The notes under the pieces were generated by a model. The model was not told where the DNA came from. It did no database searches and saw only the letters and a list, made by a program, of their open reading frames with translations. Shown in pieces: positions 57,639-64,000 of a DNA stretch of 64,000 bases (within the stretch, counting starts at the first letter, position 1; each line of letters opens with the position of its first letter). This DNA comes from Fidelibacterota bacterium UBA2242 (GTDB taxonomy: Bacteria > Fidelibacterota > UBA2242): positions 166,045-230,044 of the forward strand of contig DDYE01000002.1 in assembly GCA_002347855.1 (NCBI GenBank), read 5' to 3'. A program made the translations under genes and the position numbers.

Positions 57639-60005
57639 CTATTTTCTGATAGCCAAATCGAGAACCTCCGACATTTCCTTCACGAAATCAAAGCGCATTT
57701 CGTTCTTGATTTGTTTTGGAATCTCAGTCAGGTCTTTGCGGTTTTGTTCGGGTAAAATGACGCGCTTCAACCCAGCCCGATGAGCAGCGAGGACTTTTTC
57801 TTTAACACCTCCGATAGGCAAAACGGCTCCCCGCAAGGTGATTTCACCCGTCATTGCCAGGTTATCACGCACTTTCTTCTTCTTTAAGAGCGAATAAATT
57901 GCGCATAAAATAGTTACTCCGGCTGATGGTCCATCTTTGGGGGTTGCACCGGCAGGAACGTGCACATGAATGTCCGTTTTAGCAAAACTATCGGCATCAA
58001 TACCTAATTCTTCGGCATTGGCGCGGATATAGCTCAAAGCCGCTTCCGCTGACTCTTTCATGACGTCGCCCAGCTGTCCGGTCAAACTGAGTTTGCCGCT
58101 GCCACGCATAGCGGTAGCTTCGACGAACAATATATCACCACCAACCGAAGTCCAGGCTAAACCAATTGCTACCCCAGGTTTTGCCAGACGTTCGGCTATA
58201 TCCACAATAAAACGACGTGGTCCGAGATAGTTTTCAACCGCTTTTTCATCAACTAAAAAGTTTTTCTTCTTCTTATTGAGAGCGACCTCTTTGGCAATTT
58301 TCCGACAGATATTGGCGATTTCTCGTTCGAGGTTGCGGACACCTGCCTCGCGGGTATAGCTATTAATAATAAAACGAATAGCCTGTTCCTCGAATACGAC
58401 TTTGACATTAGTCAAGCCATGCTCTTTTAGCTGCTTAGGAATCAGGAAGGTTTTGGCAATGTTAGCCTTTTCTTCTTCGGTATAGCCACTGAATTCCAGC
58501 ATCTCCATGCGGTCACGCAGGGCAGGTAAAATAGTATCCGTCATATTAGCGGTAGCAATGAACATGACTTTGGATAAATCAAAGGTGACTTCAAGATAAT
58601 GGTCGCTGAAGGTTGAATTTTGTTCCGGGTCGAGCACTTCCAGCAGGGCGGAACTGGGGTCACCGCGAAAATCTGCACCGACCTTATCAATTTCATCCAG
58701 CATAAAAATTGGGTTGGCAGATTCAGCTTTCTTGATGCTCTGGATAATTCTGCCCGGGAGGGCACCGATGTAGGTGCGCCGATGGCCACGAATTTCTGCT
58801 TCGTCATGGACACCGCCCAGCGAAATACGAACGAACTTGCGTCCCATCGCTCGTGCGATAGATTTTCCCATTGAAGTTTTACCTACGCCGGGAGGACCGA
58901 CAAAGCAGAGAATTGGACCCTTGATGCTGGCTTCGGGATTCTGTTCCTGCTTGAGTTTGCGAATCGCCAGGTATTCGATGATGCGGTCTTTGACCTTATC
59001 CAACCCAAAGTGGTCCTCATCGAGAATTTTCTGAGCAGCGTTGATATCAACATTATCGTTAGTATAAATACCCCATGGTAAGTCAACCAGCCAGTCTAAA
59101 TAGGTTCGCGAAACGGTATATTCGGGTGATGCGGGGGGAATTTTCCGTAACCGATCGAGTTCTTTCTCGGCGATTTTGCGGGCTTCGTCAGTCATTTTGG
59201 ATTGAGCGATTTTGTCTTCGAGTTCCTTTAGCTCGAGAGTAGTCTCATCCTCGCCTAATTCCTTTTTAATTGCTTTAAGTTGTTCCCGCAAGAAATATTC
59301 CTTCTGAGTCTTGGAAATCTCATCCTGCACCTCCGATTGAATCCGTTCACCTAACTGGATACGCTGAATCTCGCGATTGATGAACAGGGTAGCTTTTTCT
59401 AAGCGCTTGCGTACATCCAGTTCTTCTAAGATTTCCTGCTTTTCGCTAATCGGAATGGCGAGAAGATGGATGACGCGGTCTATCAGTCGTCCGGGATGTT
59501 TAAACGAGGTGAAAATCGAAGCCTGTTCTTCACTCAGATAATTTGCGATTTTACTCAATTTCTGATAGAGCTGGCGAATATTGGCTATCATCGCGTCAAT
59601 TTCCAGACTGGGCGTGTAAATTTCCTGGGCTTTTAATATCGCTCCTTTGAAATACGGATCAGTCTGGATAAAGGAGTGAATCTTGGCGCGCTCAAGTCCC
59701 TGGACGATAGCACTTTTGCTGCCATCCGGCATATTGAAGATCTTTAATACCTGCGCAATAGAGCCCCATTCGTAAAGGTCTTCCTTCTCTGGGTTCTCGA
59801 TGGAACCTTCTTTTTGGGCGACCACTAAAATCCGTTTTTTTGATTCAGGGAGATCTTCAATCAAACGCAACGAACGTTCCCGCCCAACATAAATTGGTAC
59901 CACATGTTGCGGGAACAAAACTGTATTGCGGAGAGCCATAATTGGTAAGATTTCCGGCACCCCGGTGATTTCTATTTTATTTTTTTCACTCAATTCATCT
60001 GTCAT
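57639..60005 (-). CDS. lon: ATP-dependent protease Lon (endopeptidase La)
   Basis: LON N-domain, Walker [10 protein letters not shown], and protease domain PKDGPSAG (catalytic Ser) with a downstream Lys. Confidence 0.97.
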   Translation of the reverse strand: MTDELSEKNKIEITGVPEILPIMALRNTVLFPQHVVPIYVGRERSLRLIEDLPESKKRILVVAQKEGSIENPEKEDLYEWGSIAQVLKIFNMPDGSKSAIVQGLERAKIHSFIQTDPYFKGAILKAQEIYTPSLEIDAMIANIRQLYQKLSKIANYLSEEQASIFTSFKHPGRLIDRVIHLLAIPISEKQEILEELDVRKRLEKATLFINREIQRIQLGERIQSEVQDEISKTQKEYFLREQLKAIKKELGEDETTLELKELEDKIAQSKMTDEARKIAEKELDRLRKIPPASPEYTVSRTYLDWLVDLPWGIYTNDNVDINAAQKILDEDHFGLDKVKDRIIEYLAIRKLKQEQNPEASIKGPILCFVGPPGVGKTSMGKSIARAMGRKFVRISLGGVHDEAEIRGHRRTYIGALPGRIIQSIKKAESANPIFMLDEIDKVGADFRGDPSSALLEVLDPEQNSTFSDHYLEVTFDLSKVMFIATANMTDTILPALRDRMEMLEFSGYTEEEKANIAKTFLIPKQLKEHGLTNVKVVFEEQAIRFIINSYTREAGVRNLEREIANICRKIAKEVALNKKKKNFLVDEKAVENYLGPRRFIVDIAERLAKPGVAIGLAWTSVGGDILFVEATAMRGSGKLSLTGQLGDVMKESAEAALSYIRANAEELGIDADSFAKTDIHVHVPAGATPKDGPSAGVTILCAIYSLLKKKKVRDNLAMTGEITLRGAVLPIGGVKEKVLAAHRAGLKRVILPEQNRKDLTEIPKQIKNEMRFDFVKEMSEVLDLAIRK

Positions 60006-60046
60006 ATTTTTTTCCTATTCCTCTATTTTTTTCAATATGCATGCAC

Positions 60047-61009
60047 TTAAGAAGTTCCCACGCTCTGCTCAAGTTCCTTTAGGACCGTAAGGACGCGCAG
60101 AGTCACACCGTAGTCGCCCTGCTGCGAGCGTCCCGCAATCGCGGGAAAGAGTCCAGAGGATAATTGCTGCTCGATGAGCCATTTAATTGCTTTTTTAAAA
60201 TTGGGATGTGCGTGGGTTTCTTTGATGGGCAAAAGAGCTTCGACAAAACGTAAGGTGCCTCCCCTGAACATGCCATTATCGGTGAAATCCGTATAAAGAT
60301 AATTCCAAGCGTCGGGTTCGGGGAAAAGAGTTGTATGGTTAGGTCGCAGGTAATTATCGAGAAGGAAAGATGCCGCACGCTGAGCGGCTTCTGATTTGCG
60401 TAACCGACTGTGGCTACTCAGTGCCTGGCAGATTATCATAGTTGTCCAGATGCCGCTGCGGGCTGTTTTGAATGATTCGCCTTCCGGCAGCATGGTTGGC
60501 GAAAGCCAGCCGCCATCTGGTCGTTGCCGTTTAATCAGCCAGCGAAATCCTTTTTCTACGAAGGGATTACCAGCTAAGCCATAAGAAACTAAAATCCACA
60601 GGGCTAAGCCCTGGTGGTGCAAAAGCAGAGAAAATTTGCCGTCTGGTTTTTGGTTCTTAAGGAGAGCAATAATTCCGCGCTGAATAGCAGGAATATCTCT
60701 CGAGCACCCATAGCTTAAGAGTTGCCCCATATTTTTTAGCTGTAAGAGGAAAAGCATTGCTTTTTGCTGCTCTTCGACTGGATAGTTTTGATGAAGCTGC
60801 CAGAGACCATCGGCTTGTTGGCTATTTAAAAGCTTGACACGGGGTCTGTAATTTTGCAATTCTTGGCGCAAACTGTCCAGCAAGGTATGCTCTTCTGGCA
60901 GGAAGCGCTCGACGCTAAAATATTTAACTGGTAAAGGAGCGTCCTCCACTAACAGTGGTAAGGGGTCACGTCTTAACATTTTAAGCCAGGCTGGTCTAGT
61001 TTTTCTCAT
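60047..61009 (-). CDS. hypothetical protein with prenyltransferase/terpene-cyclase-like alpha/alpha-toroid repeats
   Basis: Repeated Q..DG.W-type motifs (QQADGLWQL, QKPDGKFSL, QRPDGGWLS, QLSSGLFPA) spaced about 45-50 aa apart. Confidence 0.45.
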   Translation of the reverse strand: MRKTRPAWLKMLRRDPLPLLVEDAPLPVKYFSVERFLPEEHTLLDSLRQELQNYRPRVKLLNSQQADGLWQLHQNYPVEEQQKAMLFLLQLKNMGQLLSYGCSRDIPAIQRGIIALLKNQKPDGKFSLLLHHQGLALWILVSYGLAGNPFVEKGFRWLIKRQRPDGGWLSPTMLPEGESFKTARSGIWTTMIICQALSSHSRLRKSEAAQRAASFLLDNYLRPNHTTLFPEPDAWNYLYTDFTDNGMFRGGTLRFVEALLPIKETHAHPNFKKAIKWLIEQQLSSGLFPAIAGRSQQGDYGVTLRVLTVLKELEQSVGTS

Positions 61010-61263
61010 CGCTATTCTTCTTTCTAAAAGCGCTTAGTAACGTGCAAAAATATTGCCACTTAAAATTGACCGGGGAAATTTGAGGACACTCATGCGTAAC
61101 AGAGTCTTAAAAATAATGGGAAGCAAAGTTGTTGTAAAAGGTACTTGCGTCACCCGAACGTTCTATATGAACTGCACAGTATTTGAAGTTCAAAACTAAC
61201 ATTTCAACTCAATCATAAAGCGGCGCTAAATATGTCTCATTTAGAGGTCAAAAGCAAGGAAAA

Positions 61264-61923
61264 TCAGGGCATTAAATGCTTTATAATGGTTTCAATCTCA
61301 TGATAGGAATTGGCAGGGTAGACGGAGGGAGGAATATCAGAGGCAGATAGACTGCTTAATAGGGCAATGGTGACCGCGCCTGAGGCAACTGCAGCCGTCA
61401 GCCCGTTTATAGAATCTTCTATGATGATTGCCTCTTCTGGATTGACCTGTAAGCGTTGCAACATGAGATAGTAAGGTTCAGGATGGGGCTTGGGATGAGC
61501 GACATCGTCAGCTGTGACGATTTCTTCGAAATGATTACGAATGTCAGTATGCTGGAAAATCCAGTTTAAAAATTCTGCCGGTGTCGATGTCACCAGTCCC
61601 ATTTTAAAAAGTGGGTGGTATTTTTCATAGAATTCCCAAAAACCGGGATAGTAGTTTAATTGATTAGCGAAAACCTGTTTTAAAAGTTCTCGACCGCGTG
61701 CCCGCAGTTCAGGCAATGCAGCCTGTACACCGTAGCGTTCTTGAACCATGGAATAAAAGACCTCCTCTGTCGTGCCTTTGAAATATTTCCAGTCCTCTGG
61801 AGGAACCTCGACCCCATATTCCTTAAATAGTTGTCGCTCTGCAATTTGGTAAAGTGGTTCGGAATCCACCACCACACCATCAAAATCGAAGATGATGGCT
61901 CGAAATCGTCGGTAATTATCCAA
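61264..61923 (-). CDS. HAD-IA family hydrolase (beta-phosphoglucomutase/phosphatase-like)
   Basis: AIIFDFDGVVVDSE motif I, VTST motif II, and IIEDSINGLTAA motif IV. Confidence 0.85.
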   Translation of the reverse strand: MDNYRRFRAIIFDFDGVVVDSEPLYQIAERQLFKEYGVEVPPEDWKYFKGTTEEVFYSMVQERYGVQAALPELRARGRELLKQVFANQLNYYPGFWEFYEKYHPLFKMGLVTSTPAEFLNWIFQHTDIRNHFEEIVTADDVAHPKPHPEPYYLMLQRLQVNPEEAIIIEDSINGLTAAVASGAVTIALLSSLSASDIPPSVYPANSYHEIETIIKHLMP

Positions 61924-63352
61924 TCAGCCAGCCTCCTATCAAAAAAAGCACGAAAGCCCCACCAGCACATAAAAGTGCATAGGGTAACTGCGTATTGACA
62001 TGATCAATATGGTCGCAAGCCGAAGCCATAGAGGCTACAATAGTCGTATCCGATATTGGCGAACAATGATCACCAAAAACACCACCTGCTAAAACAGCTG
62101 CTACTACCAACGGTAGCGATGCCCCAACCGAATGAGCCAGCGGAACAGCTAATGGTATCATCAGGGCGAAAGTGCCAAAGCTCGTTCCGGTCGCAAATGC
62201 TACAAAAGCAGAAGCGATAAAAGTCAAGGCCGCTACCAGACTGGGATTTACAGTCCCCGCTGTAACCTGGGCAATAAAATGACCGGTTCCAAGCACTTTA
62301 CAGGTCGAACCAAGGGCGAAAGCGAGCAGCATTAAAAGCGCCAGCGAAATCATACCACCAGCACCTTTTAGAATGAGATCCATGATTTCCTTCGCCGACA
62401 TCAATTTTTGAATGCGATATAAAATTGCTGCCAGGGCAATTGCCAGTGAAACAGCCCAAAAGACTGCTATCGAACCAGAACCGTGGGTGATATTTCCCTT
62501 GCCGGTGATAATCAAGAAGAGAGGCATGGCTAAACTCATGGTGATTATCGGAATAAGCATGTTGCTGGCGCGTTGTGGCTTTCCCGCTATCGGATGCATC
62601 TCGATAATGTCTTCATCCACAAGGGGGACCGCACCATCTCGTAAAAGTTTGCCTTCCTGTGCCACACGCCGCTCGGCTTTGCGCATCGGACCGGCATCCC
62701 AACCTGTGATTGCCACTACCAGGACCATTAAAACCGTCAGAATTGAGTAAAAGTTCAAGGGAATCGAGTGAATTAAAATCGTAGTTGGGTCAACCTCGCC
62801 CTGGGCGCTCAATAATCCCACGACGAAAGCACCCCAGGCATTTAGGGGAATTAACATACAGATTGGAGCTGAAGTCGAATCGGCGATATAGGCTAGCTTT
62901 TCACGCGAGATTTTAAGTTGGTCGAAGAGTGGCCGACAGATTGTGCCGACAATTAAAATTTTGATGCTGGATTCTATGAAGACGATGACCCCCAAAATCC
63001 AGGCTAATACTTGTGCTGCCCGCCGCCCTTTTATCAAATTCTTGCGGAGGATGAAATTAACAAACCCATTGACTCCGCCGGAACGCTGCATCAGGGCAAT
63101 CAGGCTGCCGACCATGGCACTGAACAGGATTATGCGGGTATTGTCAGGATCATGGAAAACATTGATGAAGGCTTCTAAGGTAGCAGCTAAACCGGTGAGA
63201 GGATTGCCCCGTGAAAGAATAACCCAGCCGAAATAAATCCCGAGCCCGAGCGAAAAATATACCTGTCGAGTCAAAATTGCCATTGTAATTGCAATCACTG
63301 GCGGTAAAATCGCAAGCCAACCCCATGTCTCCATGTCATCGTACCTCTTCAC
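61916..63352 (-). CDS. Na+/H+ antiporter NhaC-family transporter
   Basis: About 11-12 TM helices. N-terminus WLAILPPVIAITMAILTRQVYFSLGLGI and overall pattern are typical of the NhaC family. It overlaps the HAD gene by 8 nt. Confidence 0.8.
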   Translation of the reverse strand: MKRYDDMETWGWLAILPPVIAITMAILTRQVYFSLGLGIYFGWVILSRGNPLTGLAATLEAFINVFHDPDNTRIILFSAMVGSLIALMQRSGGVNGFVNFILRKNLIKGRRAAQVLAWILGVIVFIESSIKILIVGTICRPLFDQLKISREKLAYIADSTSAPICMLIPLNAWGAFVVGLLSAQGEVDPTTILIHSIPLNFYSILTVLMVLVVAITGWDAGPMRKAERRVAQEGKLLRDGAVPLVDEDIIEMHPIAGKPQRASNMLIPIITMSLAMPLFLIITGKGNITHGSGSIAVFWAVSLAIALAAILYRIQKLMSAKEIMDLILKGAGGMISLALLMLLAFALGSTCKVLGTGHFIAQVTAGTVNPSLVAALTFIASAFVAFATGTSFGTFALMIPLAVPLAHSVGASLPLVVAAVLAGGVFGDHCSPISDTTIVASMASACDHIDHVNTQLPYALLCAGGAFVLFLIGGWLIG

Positions 63353-63413
63353 TGAATTATTGAAATAGCTGCCGATGAACGCTCAAATTCAGTACCTGCT
63401 TACAAACGGTAGT

Positions 63414-64000
63414 TTATTCTCTGTCTGCCAGCAAAGGAATGATAATTTCAAAGATCATGCCTGCTTCAGGTTGACTCCCGACATTGATTTTTACCTGATA
63501 ATTACTCAGTATTAAATAAGCATTGTATAATTTATATTTGGCAAGCAGAACTTTCTCCGATTGCCTGGTGGCTTCTTCCGCTCGATACATAATTTGGGGC
63601 ATGAATAACGACTGGAGTTCTTCACGGGAAAATGTCTGACCGGTAGCACCAATTGTCAGAGTAATTTCACGCGCATCGGCTCGAGTGGTGATGCGGAGTT
63701 TTTTCACAGCGGCTGTGCGCAGGCTATCAAGCGCAAATTGTATTATAGTAATTAGCCCGTGGGCGAAGTCACTGTAAAAACCACGATATGGCGGAATAGA
63801 AGGGTCAAAATGGAAATCCTTTTCGACCTGATTTTTATAAAAAGAATCGGCTTCTAAGAACATTAATTCGGTCTTTAATAAATCGTTGAAATTGATGCGT
63901 ACTGGCTCGGTGGCTTGCTCCAGATTAATTTTCTGGACGAAATTGTTGAGGATTTTTTCAATTTTCCGCGAATTAGCGCTAATAATATCGGGCTCCTTCA
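63414..64000 (-). CDS. sensor histidine kinase, C-terminal (HATPase-like) part; 5' end beyond window
   Basis: The frame stays open from the ATG at 63863 up to nt 64000 (...ISANSRKIEKILNNFVQKINLEQATEPVRINFNDLLKTEL-MFLEA...). The C-terminal beta/alpha segment ITLTIGATGQTFSREELQSLF...EAGMIFEIIIP resembles a kinase ATP-binding domain. Confidence 0.5.
   Translation of the reverse strand, partial: KEPDIISANSRKIEKILNNFVQKINLEQATEPVRINFNDLLKTELMFLEADSFYKNQVEKDFHFDPSIPPYRGFYSDFAHGLITIIQFALDSLRTAAVKKLRITTRADAREITLTIGATGQTFSREELQSLFMPQIMYRAEEATRQSEKVLLAKYKLYNAYLILSNYQVKINVGSQPEAGMIFEIIIPLLADRE

Overview
Chromosomal window made mostly of core genes, from a diderm bacterium. The gene content suggests the FCB superphylum: a TonB-dependent receptor with an N-terminal carboxypeptidase-regulatory-like domain, DUF2723, DUF4139 and DUF1844-type proteins, and separate secD and secF. 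Clear Shine-Dalgarno sites (AAGGAG, GAGGTGA) and sigma70-like TTGACA/TAAATT promoters argue against classical Bacteroidia, so this taxonomy is inference only. I call about 50 CDS and one tRNA-Val(TAC). They lie in six long co-directional blocks: + 1-22205, - 22284-36104, + 36316-47622, - 47693-52803, + 53048-57466, - 57491-64000. Many start/stop overlaps of 4-23 nt occur. Confident housekeeping calls are valS, recG, purA, secDF, eno, ftsB-like, murI, folC, rho, phoH, dapF, lon and an MthK-like K+ channel. I saw no rRNA, CRISPR array, integrase, transposase or prophage signature. Six regions deserve a second look. (1) A tightly coupled outer-membrane operon at 2-8447 encodes an HMA-like protein, a TonB-dependent receptor, an LTD/DUF4876-like protein, a beta-barrel candidate, and a secreted protein with a clan-CD-like His/Cys pattern plus HEAT repeats. 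(2) A 2TM-RCK K+ channel is translationally coupled to a stand-alone cyclic-nucleotide-binding protein. (3) An adjacent Csd4/Pgp1-like (QxxE zinc motif) and Csd6/Pgp2-like (YkuD plus tandem NTF2-like modules) pair looks like a peptidoglycan-trimming module. (4) A MotA-type stator gene with no MotB partner sits inside an ftsB / OM-protein / amidase / murI operon. (5) A serine-palmitoyltransferase-like alpha-oxoamine synthase is linked to an Ig-like lipoprotein. (6) A polysaccharide cluster contains a FemAB-like gene. All family assignments come from motif recognition by eye and no searches were run.
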